From contig CAWBOS010000006.1 of assembly GCA_963790475.1 (NCBI GenBank), positions 224,001 to 288,000 on the forward strand: a stretch of 64,000 bases of DNA, read 5' to 3'. Source of the DNA: an uncultured delta proteobacterium (lineage in GTDB: Bacteria > Desulfobacterota > RBG-13-43-22). How positions within the stretch are numbered: the stretch's first letter is position 1; each line of letters starts with the position of its first letter. Below are positions 17,469-26,709 of the stretch, piece after piece. Below the pieces are notes generated by a model. It was given only the letters and a program-made list of their open reading frames with translations, did no database searches and was not told the origin of the DNA. Position numbers and translations under genes: made by a program.

Positions 17469-17498
17469 AAAAAAGCCGCTCTTGGGAGCGGCTTTTTT
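17469..17498 (+). terminator. Rho-independent terminator
   Basis: aaaaaagccgctc-ttgg-gagcggctttttt. Confidence 0.9.
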
Positions 17499-17503
17499 AT
17501 TTG

Positions 17504-17601
17504 GTGCGCCCGAAAAGGGGAAGTGTTTGCCTGACGGCAAGGGTTGTCACCTTGAGGTTGGATCTGAAGGAAGCCGCAGACAAAGCAATATTCTACCCGA
17601 T
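17504..17601 (+). mobile_element. Group IIC intron remnant (both termini kept, interior mostly deleted)
   Basis: Starts GTGCGCCCG 5 nt after the terminator; contains ggcaaggg...atctgaaggaagc as in class C domain I; ends CTACCCGAT. Confidence 0.75.
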
Positions 17602-17799
17602 TCCAGTAGACCCCGCTGATTTGGAGATAGTGTTTTTCTTCAGGCCCTCCATTTATTTTAATCCTTAGGTCGACTTTTTGGTTTGTGTGACTTGTTGAAA
17701 AAATGGTAAACTCCCAAGAAGAAAAAAACCGTCGCAGAAATCAAATTGAAGATGATCTAAGAGCCACGAGGGCGGTTCTGCGATCGAGGGGAAGAAGAA

Positions 17800-18459
17800 T
17801 TGAGTAAAAGGGTTTTATATCCGGTCGTTTTTATTGCCGGATTATTAATTGTATTATTCTTCTTATCCCCACCTATTTTGAATAGGGCGGGTGATTTTTT
17901 AGCTCCCATGAGTAATGGAAAGGCGGAGGTCATTATTTTAGAGGGAACCGAGACCATAAAAAATGGCGCAGTCCAAGAAGGAATAGAGCTTTTGAGAACC
18001 AGCCAGGCTAAGTGTTTGGTAATTGTGTTACACATCAGCAAAAAGGAGGGTCAACTTTTTGCTATCCAAGAAGAATATCCAAAATTATTGAAGGAAAAAT
18101 TTAAAGCACTGGGACTAAAAGAAAAACAACTGAAAATACTCTTCGTTCCTATTAACGACAATCCTATAACCTTAACCGAGGCCAGGTTTGTTGTCGGGAT
18201 CCTGGCCAAGGAAGGTTTTCGCCATGCTATATTGCTCTCCGAAGGATTTCACGCCCGCAGAAGCTGGTCGGTTTACAGGCAGGAAGGGAAGCGATTCAAT
18301 ATCTCAGTTATGTCTTACCCATTTTTCATTGATTTCAGAAAAGAAAACTGGTGGCACCAAAAAGAAGGTATTCGGGATTTTGTTGAGGAGGTTACCAAGC
18401 TCGTATATTACTTGGGTTGCAGGTATATTTCGATAGGGTCTGTCCTAACCTCAAAATGA
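17800..18459 (+). CDS. YdcF/DUF218-family protein
   Basis: N-terminal TM, TLTEA, LSEGFHARRS, WW...EEVTKLVYY. Confidence 0.75.
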   Translation: MSKRVLYPVVFIAGLLIVLFFLSPPILNRAGDFLAPMSNGKAEVIILEGTETIKNGAVQEGIELLRTSQAKCLVIVLHISKKEGQLFAIQEEYPKLLKEKFKALGLKEKQLKILFVPINDNPITLTEARFVVGILAKEGFRHAILLSEGFHARRSWSVYRQEGKRFNISVMSYPFFIDFRKENWWHQKEGIRDFVEEVTKLVYYLGCRYISIGSVLTSK

Positions 18460-18507
18460 AATTTGGACAACTGCCCTTCCATACTTGGAACGATGTCTTT
18501 TCCACCA

Positions 18508-18975
18508 TTAACACCATACCTTTCCTAAGATAATACCGAGTATAATCCAGATGGGGATTGAAATAATGATTGCCCAGGCAATACCGGTTAGTCTTTTAAT
18601 CGATCTTTCCAGTTTTTTGGTATGCAGGGCCCTCTCCACCTTGATCCGCACTTCGTCAAGTTGAACGGGCTTGGCGATATAATCATAGGCGCCATGTTTT
18701 ATGACTTCGATGGCCGTCTCAATTGTCGGATAGCCGGTAATGAGGAGGAAAGGTATTTTTAATTTCTGAGACCTGACCTGTTTGAGCAATTCAAGACCAT
18801 CCATGTCGGGCATAACAAGGTCGGAGATGATGCAGTCGATATCATTTTGGCTGAGTTTGCCTAAAGCCTCAGCACCATTTGAGGCAAACTTGACTTCGTA
18901 ACCAAGGTGTTGAAAGTAATCTACCAGAAGTTTTTGGATTTGTTCGTCATCATCTACGATAAGAATTCGTTTCAT
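18508..18975 (-). CDS. Response regulator receiver protein with C-terminal TM helix
   Basis: ILIVDD, SDLVMP, ITGY, YDYIAKP; ends AWAIIISIPIWIILGIILG. Confidence 0.88.
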   Translation of the reverse strand: MKRILIVDDDEQIQKLLVDYFQHLGYEVKFASNGAEALGKLSQNDIDCIISDLVMPDMDGLELLKQVRSQKLKIPFLLITGYPTIETAIEVIKHGAYDYIAKPVQLDEVRIKVERALHTKKLERSIKRLTGIAWAIIISIPIWIILGIILGKVWC

Positions 18976-19536
18976 GAATGTCGTAACTCCCCTTTTTTAT
19001 AAAGTCTTATGGTGTCATAATCTAGATAGGTTTCAAGAAAAAAACGAAAAAACCAGGAGAAAGGACCACGAAATTTTGAGATCTAAAAGGGTTAAAAAAA
19101 ATTTATTCACAAGGTTCAACTCCAAGGCTGTAATAAAATACGCCTTGATCATCATTCGCTGATCTCAAGAGAATAATGCCCCCCTCTTCTAACTTTCCCT
19201 TCCTTACCGAAGAGATCGATAAATATTCTTTCTTTTTGATATATTCAGTTAGGGAAAAAATATTTCAGGGATAACTTTATAACCGAATGTTTCAATTTCC
19301 AAAACAGAGCGGTTATCTAACGCGAATTCACTGGAAAATATTTTTTGAGAAAAATAATTACCGGGGTAAATTAGATCTTTCCTGTCTAAGCTGATCAATT
19401 AAAAGTAAATATATCTACAGGTTAATTTGGAAAAATATAGAATAGGGACAGAGATAGTGTCAAGGAGAAAAAGTGGAAAAAGATAGCCGGGGACAAAAAG
19501 CAAGGTTAACGAACAAGGCAATACTGGCAGGGTTAA

Positions 19537-19644
19537 TTATTGTAAGGTAGGGACCTCGTCGGCTTCTTTGGCTTTTACCAGCATAGATATTAAGAAAACC
19601 CCCAAACTGCATCCCACAAATAACCCAAAGATAAAAAGAAACAT
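19537..19644 (-). CDS. Small membrane peptide (DUF3789-like), below the ORF-track cutoff
   Basis: AGGAGG RBS then MFLFIFGLFVGCSLGVFLISMLVKAKEADEVPTLQ*. Confidence 0.6.
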   Translation of the reverse strand: MFLFIFGLFVGCSLGVFLISMLVKAKEADEVPTLQ

Positions 19645-20138
19645 AATGCCTCCTGGCTTTACAGGAAGTTTTGAACAACCCTTCCTTTTGCCATTCTCTT
19701 TGTCAGACTCACATCATAACCCTTAAAATACAAAAGGTTTTCGGTAGATAAAGCTGCCTTTGACCGGATCGTTTTCCTTGACCTTGGATAAAATTGAATG
19801 TTTTTCAAGGTCCTGACAATAAGGGTTTGTTAAAATAAAAAGCAAAAATAGTACCATTTGGGACCATTATTTTTTAACTATATGTTTTTATTCTATTATA
19901 ATAATTTTTTACCCAAAACAGAAGGCAATAATAACAAAAAGCTGTATGAAATTTCAGACATTATTCTGCATAGAATGCAGGTTTTTCTTTTAAGTAAAAC
20001 ACCATCTTGCCAAGGTCTAAAACAGGTCTTTCATCTTTCTTAAATCAAAATTATTTCAAAGCCCTAAAGTGATACCTGTTTTCTTTCTTAAAATAAAATG
20101 GTATAAAAATCTATAAATTTTATCTCTAAGGAGAAACA

Positions 20139-22427
20139 ATGATGAGATCTTATTTTGGTAAATGGGTCAAAGTGCCCTTTTGGATTCTGATCGGCCTTAT
20201 CCTGATCGGTTTTATGGGCTGCAGCAAAGAAGCCAAGATGGAACGTCATTGGAAGAAAGGGGAGAACTACTTCACTCAGAATAAGTTTAATGAGGCCGTC
20301 ATCGAATATAAAAATGTTCTTCAGCTTAATCCGAAGAATGCCCAGGCCCATTATAAACTGGGGCTTGCTTACTTAAGGACGAATAATTTCAAGGGAGCCT
20401 TTTCTGAATTTTCCCAGGCCGTGGATCTGAATCCGAATTTTATTGATGCCCGGCTCCAGTTAGGGACCCTCTATTTACTAACCCGGGATATCCCCAAAGC
20501 CAGGGAGCAAATAAAAAAAATATCCTTGAAAGAGCCGGATAATCCTTCGGCCCTTCTCTTGAACAGCTCCATTTACGCCCTGGAAAAGGACCTTGATAAG
20601 GCCATTGCCGAAGCCCGGAAGGCCATTGAGAAGGACCCCAAAAAGATTGAGGCCTATCTCCAATTGGCCGCTTTATATATCCTTAACAAAGACATGACCA
20701 AGGCCGAACAAACCTATAAGGAGGCCATCAAGACCGACGAAAAATCCATAAAAGCCCGGTATGCACTGGCCGGATTATATAGCCGGACCGGCAAGAATGA
20801 ATTGGCTGAGGCAGAACTCATCAAAGTCACCCAGATTTTTCCTAAAGATACCGGGGCGGCGATCACTTTAGGCAACTTTTATGCCTCGGTCAAAAGGAAC
20901 GAAGATGCGGAAAAGCAATTTTTAAAGGCGATTGAACTGGATTCCAATAATATTCCTTCCCGGCTCCATCTGGGGGACTTTTACCTGGCCTGGACCAAGA
21001 AAGACAAGGCCCTGGAAACCTATCAAAAGGCCATGGATATGGACTCCAGGAATATCCCTTCCCGAATTCGGGTAGCTGAGATCTATTTAGCGGAAAAGAA
21101 ATACGATAAGGCATCGGAATTGATAGAAAAGATACTGAAAATCAATTCCAAAAGTCAGGAGGGGATCTTTCTAAAAGGAAGACTGTACCTGGCTAAAGGG
21201 GAATTTGATAAAGCTTTGGCCCTGCTCCAGTCCTATCTCAAGGAATATCCCAAATCCTCCATGGGTCATTATTTCTTAGGGTTGGCCTATATGGGGAACA
21301 AGGATAGTTTGCAGGCCAAGAGCGAAGTGACTGAAGCGGTAAAGTTAAACCCCGGAGACGTGAGGGCCCGGTTACTGCTGGCGGACCTTCACTTCCGGGC
21401 CAGGGCCTATGATCTGGCCATTGAACAGTCCCAGGAAATCTTGAAAATTAACCCGAATATCTTTCAAGCCCACCTGATGTTGAGCCAGGCCTATCTCCTG
21501 AAAGGAGATGCCCTCAAGTCAGAAAAGGCCTGTGAAGAAGTAATTCGTATCGTACCCAAGAATCCGATAGGATATTATCAGCTGGCCCGTACCCTGTTGG
21601 CCCAGAAAAAGGAAAAAGAAGCTTTGATCCAATCGGAGAAGGCCCTAACTCTTCAACCTAATTATGTGGAAGCCCTTGGCTTGGTGGTGGGGGTTTACCT
21701 AAAACAAAAAGACACCCAGAAGGCCGTTACCCGGGTGGAGACTCAAATCCAGCAGAACCCCAAAAACGCCTATTTTTATCAGATGCTGGCCAATCTGGAG
21801 GAGGTCAAAAAAGATACGGCCAAGGCGGAAACCTTATATAAAAAGGCCATAGATATAAATCCCAATATCACGGCCTTTCATATTGCCCTGGGGAATTTTT
21901 ATGCCCGTTATAAAATGTCGGATAAGGCCGTTAAGGAATTGAACACAGCCATCCAACAAAACCCCAACTCGTTACAGGCTATGATGACCCTGGGCATAAT
22001 TTATGACTCCCAGAAAAATTATGATAAGGCCGTTGAATATTATCAAAAGGCCTTAAAGATCAATCCCAAGTTTGCCCCGGCGGCCAATAACCTGGCTTTT
22101 CGTTATGCCGAAAAGGGAGATAAGATCGATGAGGCCCTCAATCTGGTCCAGATGGCCAAAGAGCAGTTCCCTGATGACCCTAATATTGCCGATACCCTGG
22201 GATGGGTCTATTACAAAAAGAATGTCTTTACCCGGGCTATCGTCCATTTTAAGGAGGCCTTGGAAAAGGAAAAGGATAATCCAATTATTCATTATCATTT
22301 AGGTCTGGCTTATTTTAAAAACAATGACAAGGATCAGGCCCGGAAGGAATTGAAAAAGGCCCTGGAATTGGACCCCAAATTCTCAGGGTTCGAAGAGGCC
22401 ATGTCCGTACTGGAAAAGATCAGGTAG
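20139..22427 (+). CDS. TPR-repeat lipoprotein (PrsT-like)
   Basis: Lipobox FMGC, many TPRs, C-terminal AANNLA...IADTLGWVY...YHLG. Confidence 0.85.
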   Translation: MMRSYFGKWVKVPFWILIGLILIGFMGCSKEAKMERHWKKGENYFTQNKFNEAVIEYKNVLQLNPKNAQAHYKLGLAYLRTNNFKGAFSEFSQAVDLNPNFIDARLQLGTLYLLTRDIPKAREQIKKISLKEPDNPSALLLNSSIYALEKDLDKAIAEARKAIEKDPKKIEAYLQLAALYILNKDMTKAEQTYKEAIKTDEKSIKARYALAGLYSRTGKNELAEAELIKVTQIFPKDTGAAITLGNFYASVKRNEDAEKQFLKAIELDSNNIPSRLHLGDFYLAWTKKDKALETYQKAMDMDSRNIPSRIRVAEIYLAEKKYDKASELIEKILKINSKSQEGIFLKGRLYLAKGEFDKALALLQSYLKEYPKSSMGHYFLGLAYMGNKDSLQAKSEVTEAVKLNPGDVRARLLLADLHFRARAYDLAIEQSQEILKINPNIFQAHLMLSQAYLLKGDALKSEKACEEVIRIVPKNPIGYYQLARTLLAQKKEKEALIQSEKALTLQPNYVEALGLVVGVYLKQKDTQKAVTRVETQIQQNPKNAYFYQMLANLEEVKKDTAKAETLYKKAIDINPNITAFHIALGNFYARYKMSDKAVKELNTAIQQNPNSLQAMMTLGIIYDSQKNYDKAVEYYQKALKINPKFAPAANNLAFRYAEKGDKIDEALNLVQMAKEQFPDDPNIADTLGWVYYKKNVFTRAIVHFKEALEKEKDNPIIHYHLGLAYFKNNDKDQARKELKKALELDPKFSGFEEAMSVLEKIR

Positions 22428-22657
22428 GGACTTGAAAAAGAGAATATCAACATAGAAACTTGACAAAGGAAGACTAATCACTACTGTAACAGGAGGTTTG
22501 AGAAAAGTCCTCCTTTTTCCCAATTTCTGAGTTAGGATAAAGTCCTTACCTCGAAATACTATAGGCAATCCTTTGAGTAATCCCGCCAAAAGGCGGGATC
22601 GGCTTCCTTGAACTTGAACAAAATTGAACCTTTTTCGAAGCTCTCATAATATCATAA

Positions 22658-24106
22658 ATGATGCGGCTGACTATTTTTTGGCGATTAATTATCGGTTATC
22701 TGATAATCTTTATTTTGGTGATGATGGTCGGAGTCTATGCCATTATCCAACTCAGACAGTTTAATACGGTCACTCGATACATTCTGAACGTTGATAATCG
22801 AATTCTGGAATACGAAAAAAAACTGTTGGATTTGACACTCTCTCAGCATCGATTCCTGAAAAAGTATATCATCACCAGAGATCAAAACCTCTATAATCAG
22901 TTTTTTTCAGCGAAAGAAGCATTTTCCAGGAATCTGGATATGGCCTTCGCTGTTTCCGATACCCCCGTCCATCAGGATATCCTGACAAAAATCAGGGCAT
23001 ACCAAAACCGTTATCAATCTCTGGTACGGAAAGAAAATGACCTAATCCAGTCCAAGGAAATCTATTCCAAGAAAGAATACGAAAAAGAAAAAGAAAGACT
23101 GATCGATGGTATCCTAAAAGAATTAGAACTATTGGAGATTCGAGTTCAACAAGATGCCCATCAACGGATGAAGGAACAGGGGGAGGCCGGAGATTCCGCC
23201 CGTTATATCGCTGTAATCCTGGCCTCGCTCGCCTTGGGTTCGGTCGTTATCATATCTTTTCTTATAACCAGAAGCATCACTCGACCTTTGGGTTTGCTGA
23301 GACTGAAAACCCGAGAGATATCCGAAGGAGTTTTTAAGAGTAATTTGAAGATTTCTTCTTCCCCGGAGATTTCTGAGTTGGCCCAGGCCTTTAATTTGAT
23401 GGTTCATCGCCTCAGTACCCTGGAAAAAATGAAATCCGATTTTTTTTCCACTATGTCTCACGAACTGCGGACCCCGCTGACTTCCATTAAAGAAGGGATT
23501 GCCCTCCTACAGGAGGAGGCGGCCGGGCCGATTACCGAAAAACAAAAAAAGCTTCTGGCCATTGTTGCCCAGGAAAGCCGTCGGTTGATTGACTTGGTTA
23601 ATTCCTCCCTGGACCTGTCCAAGATGGAGGCGGGGATGATGATCTATCGCTTTGAACAGGCCGATTTTGTTTTCCTGATCGATAAGGTGATCGTGGAGAT
23701 GGGCCCTCTGGTGCAAGCTAAGAAAATTAGACTGGAGGCAGAGGTCAAGACAAAGTTGCCAAGGATTAAAATGGACCAGGAGAGGATCCTGCAAGTGCTT
23801 CGTAATCTGATTGGAAACGCGGTGAAATTCACTCCTGAAGGGGGGCGCATAGCGGTTTTCGCCGGTCTTGCCGGCCAAAGCGTCAAGGTGGCCGTGAGAG
23901 ACACCGGCCCCGGGATCCCGGAAAATGATCTTGCTACTATTTTTAACAAATTTCACCAGGTAACGCCGGAAAAATCTTATCAGATTAAAGGATCCGGATT
24001 AGGTCTGGCGATAGTCAAACACATCATTATTTCACATGGCGGTAGGGTATGGGCAGAAAGCAAATTAGGGCAAGGAAGCACTTTTTATTTTGTTTTGCCG
24101 GCTTGA
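22658..24106 (+). CDS. HAMP sensor histidine kinase (GlrK/QseE-like)
   Basis: Two TMs, HAMP, SHELRTPL, NLIGNAVKF, GSGLGL. Confidence 0.92.
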   Translation: MMRLTIFWRLIIGYLIIFILVMMVGVYAIIQLRQFNTVTRYILNVDNRILEYEKKLLDLTLSQHRFLKKYIITRDQNLYNQFFSAKEAFSRNLDMAFAVSDTPVHQDILTKIRAYQNRYQSLVRKENDLIQSKEIYSKKEYEKEKERLIDGILKELELLEIRVQQDAHQRMKEQGEAGDSARYIAVILASLALGSVVIISFLITRSITRPLGLLRLKTREISEGVFKSNLKISSSPEISELAQAFNLMVHRLSTLEKMKSDFFSTMSHELRTPLTSIKEGIALLQEEAAGPITEKQKKLLAIVAQESRRLIDLVNSSLDLSKMEAGMMIYRFEQADFVFLIDKVIVEMGPLVQAKKIRLEAEVKTKLPRIKMDQERILQVLRNLIGNAVKFTPEGGRIAVFAGLAGQSVKVAVRDTGPGIPENDLATIFNKFHQVTPEKSYQIKGSGLGLAIVKHIIISHGGRVWAESKLGQGSTFYFVLPA

Positions 24107-24681
24107 TTTTTCTATTCCTCAACGGGTGTGCATTCTTGGATAAAATTCGGGAACCGGATCAGCCGGCAATCTCCCGGGCGGAAAAGGAAAAAACCTTAAG
24201 AAGGGAAGCGGCCATTGCCGAAGAGAAAAAAAGGGAAGAGACGGCCAGAGCCCATCTCCTCAAGGGGCGGAAACTTTTTGCCTATGGGGATTTTGAAGGA
24301 TCGTATTGGGAAAATTATACAATAATCACTTTTTTTCAGGGCCAGTCCTCGATGGAGGAGGCTATTTTTATGCTTGGCTTGATCTATAGCCATCCAGGCA
24401 ACCCCAATAAAGATCTTAGCAGGTCCCTTGACTTTATGAAAAGGGTGGTTAAAGAATATCCAAACAGCTTTTTCGGGCAAGAGGCCAAAGCCTGGATAAA
24501 CATTCTCCTAGTGAATGAAAAAGTAGGCAAAGAAAATGAAAAATTGGTGAAAGAAAATGAAAAATTGATAAAAGAACATGAGAAATTGATGAAAGAACAT
24601 GAGAGAATGTCCAAGATGTTGGAAGAGTATAAACAGGTGGATATCGAGATAGAAGATAAAAAGAGAGAGAAAGGAAGATAA
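24049..24681 (+). CDS. Lipoprotein with TPR and coiled coil (QseG/YfhG-like position)
   Basis: Lipobox LNGC, HPGNPNKD, coiled-coil C-terminus with KENEKL repeats. Confidence 0.7.
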   Translation: MGRKQIRARKHFLFCFAGLIFLFLNGCAFLDKIREPDQPAISRAEKEKTLRREAAIAEEKKREETARAHLLKGRKLFAYGDFEGSYWENYTIITFFQGQSSMEEAIFMLGLIYSHPGNPNKDLSRSLDFMKRVVKEYPNSFFGQEAKAWINILLVNEKVGKENEKLVKENEKLIKEHEKLMKEHERMSKMLEEYKQVDIEIEDKKREKGR

Positions 24682-24689
24682 TAGAGTCC

Positions 24690-26063
24690 ATGTTTTTGGG
24701 AAATATTTTGGTGGTGGATGATGACCTAAACCTTCTGGAATTGGTGAAAATGAGGCTTGAATCGGCCAATTATGAGGTTACGGCGGCCTCAATCGAAGAA
24801 GAAGCCCTCGGTGCTCTCAAGGAGCGGGTTTTTGATCTGGCCATCGTAGACCTTCAATTGGCCAATCAGGACGGGATATCCCTGATGGAGGCCTTTCATC
24901 AGATCATACCGGATATGCCGGTGGTGATCCTTACGGCCCATGGAAGTATCGAAAGTGCTGTGGAGGCTATGAAGAAAGGGGCCTACAGCTACCTCACCAA
25001 GCCCTTTGACGCCCAAGAGCTGCTGCTGCAGATCAGAATAGCTTTGGAGAACCGCAGGCTCACCTCCGAGGTAAAAAGGTTGGAAACCCTATTAGAAGAG
25101 CATTTTGGTTTTTCAAATATTGTGGCCCGGAGCGAGAAGATGCGCTCCATTCTTGATGGGGTTTCTCAGATTGCCAAAACCGAGTCGACCGTTTATATCC
25201 ATGGAGAAAGCGGAACAGGAAAGGAACTCATTGCCAAGGCCATCCATATGGCCAGCGAAAGGGAAAACAAGGCCTTTGTGGCCATCAATTGCGCCGCCCT
25301 CCCCGAAGGGTTATTGGAGAGCAGGCTTTTTGGCCATGAAAAAGGGGCCTTTACCGGGGCGGTGAAGAGTACTAAAGGCCTTTTTACCCAGGCCCACGGA
25401 GGCACCATTTTCCTCGATGAGATCGGGGACATGCCCCTTGGAATTCAAGCCACGCTTTTGAGGGTTCTTCAGGAACGACAGTTTTACCCAGTGGGCAGCG
25501 AGAAGGTGGTTGAAGTCGATGTCCGGGTGATCGTGGCCACCAACAAGGATCTGGAAACCATGGTCAAACAGGGTCTTTTCCGGGAAGACCTCTATTACAG
25601 GATCCACGTCATTCCTATTTTTCTGCCTCCTTTACGGGAACGAAAAGAGGATATCCCTCTGTTGGTCGAGCATTTTCGGGAAAAATATAACCGGCAAATG
25701 AATAAAGAGGTCAAGGGATTGAGCCAGTCGGCTTTGCAAAAAATGATGCTTTATGATTGGCCGGGAAATGTGAGGGAACTGGAAAATACGTTAGAGTACG
25801 CTGTGGCCATAACCCAACAGGATATCATCCCTGAAGAAATTATTCTTCAACAGACTAAGGGTGTTGTTGCCGCAACCCCGGTTTTGCAGCCCCTCAAGGA
25901 GGCCAGGAACGCTTATGAGAAAAATTATCTGATTCAACTCCTGGAAATCTGCAAAGGGAATATAAGTAATGCTGCCAAACTTGCCGGAAAGTACCGCGCC
26001 GACTTCTACGATCTCCTTAAAAAACATGACCTGAAGGCGGAAGATTTTAAGAATAGCGATTGA
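24690..26063 (+). CDS. sigma54-dependent response regulator (GlrR/QseF-like)
   Basis: [28 protein letters not shown] typical of the GlrR group. Confidence 0.9.
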   Translation: MFLGNILVVDDDLNLLELVKMRLESANYEVTAASIEEEALGALKERVFDLAIVDLQLANQDGISLMEAFHQIIPDMPVVILTAHGSIESAVEAMKKGAYSYLTKPFDAQELLLQIRIALENRRLTSEVKRLETLLEEHFGFSNIVARSEKMRSILDGVSQIAKTESTVYIHGESGTGKELIAKAIHMASERENKAFVAINCAALPEGLLESRLFGHEKGAFTGAVKSTKGLFTQAHGGTIFLDEIGDMPLGIQATLLRVLQERQFYPVGSEKVVEVDVRVIVATNKDLETMVKQGLFREDLYYRIHVIPIFLPPLRERKEDIPLLVEHFREKYNRQMNKEVKGLSQSALQKMMLYDWPGNVRELENTLEYAVAITQQDIIPEEIILQQTKGVVAATPVLQPLKEARNAYEKNYLIQLLEICKGNISNAAKLAGKYRADFYDLLKKHDLKAEDFKNSD

Positions 26064-26090
26064 CCGGAAGGTCATTTCCCAATGTCGGAT

Positions 26091-26129
26091 AAAAAAAGGC
26101 CGTATCGGTAGACATGGCCTTTCCTTTTT
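26091..26129. terminator. Probable bidirectional terminator
   Basis: aaaggccgt...atggccttt between convergent genes. Confidence 0.6.
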
Positions 26130-26144
26130 ACTGTTTTTCAAATC

Positions 26145-26597
26145 TTATTCTACGGTAATCTTGATTTGTTTTTCCTTGGCCTTTTCACTCTTGGGAAGTG
26201 AAATGGTCAGGACTCCTTCTTTATGAGAGGCCTTTACATTTTTGGTATCCACATCGGTGGTCAGTCGGATACTCCTGGAAAACGAACCGTACCGCCGTTC
26301 GATCAAGTGATAGGACTCGTCTTTTTCTTCTTTTTCCTGCTTCTTTTCCCCTTTAATGGTCAGCATATCCCCGCTGATGGTTACTTCCACTTCTTTGGAA
26401 CTTAATCCGGGAATTTCAGCGGTGACCACTATGTTTTCTTTTGTTTCCTTGACATCTAAAGCTGGCACCCAAGCCGCTTCGGATAGAATCGGGAAACCGG
26501 AATCTCCGAAAAATCGACCCCACAAGTCATCCATCTCTTTTCTTAACTTGGACAAAGTCTTTGTTCTTTCCCAGGGAACAAGCTCAAACATGGTCAC
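26145..26597 (-). CDS. Hsp20/alpha-crystallin small heat-shock protein
   Basis: PALDVKET, AEIPG, ERRYGSFSR, GVLTISLPK. Confidence 0.95.
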   Translation of the reverse strand: MTMFELVPWERTKTLSKLRKEMDDLWGRFFGDSGFPILSEAAWVPALDVKETKENIVVTAEIPGLSSKEVEVTISGDMLTIKGEKKQEKEEKDESYHLIERRYGSFSRSIRLTTDVDTKNVKASHKEGVLTISLPKSEKAKEKQIKITVE

Positions 26598-26709
26598 ACC
26601 CCTTTTTGTTTTTTTTGTTCATAAATCGAAGCACGAAATATTTTATATTTAGGTAATCATTTCTTGGCGTTTTGTCAAGATAGGGCCCACAACCCAATAT
26701 GAACCGTGA

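Noticed and set aside
17502-17512. tRNA 3' end (CGGGCGCACCA on the minus strand) or att site
   Set aside because: No T-arm or cloverleaf upstream; better explained as the 5' end of a group II intron on the plus strand.
24530-24610. 21-nt tandem repeat in the lipoprotein gene
   Set aside because: In-frame coiled-coil heptads (KENEKL/KEHEKL), unrelated to the intergenic repeats.
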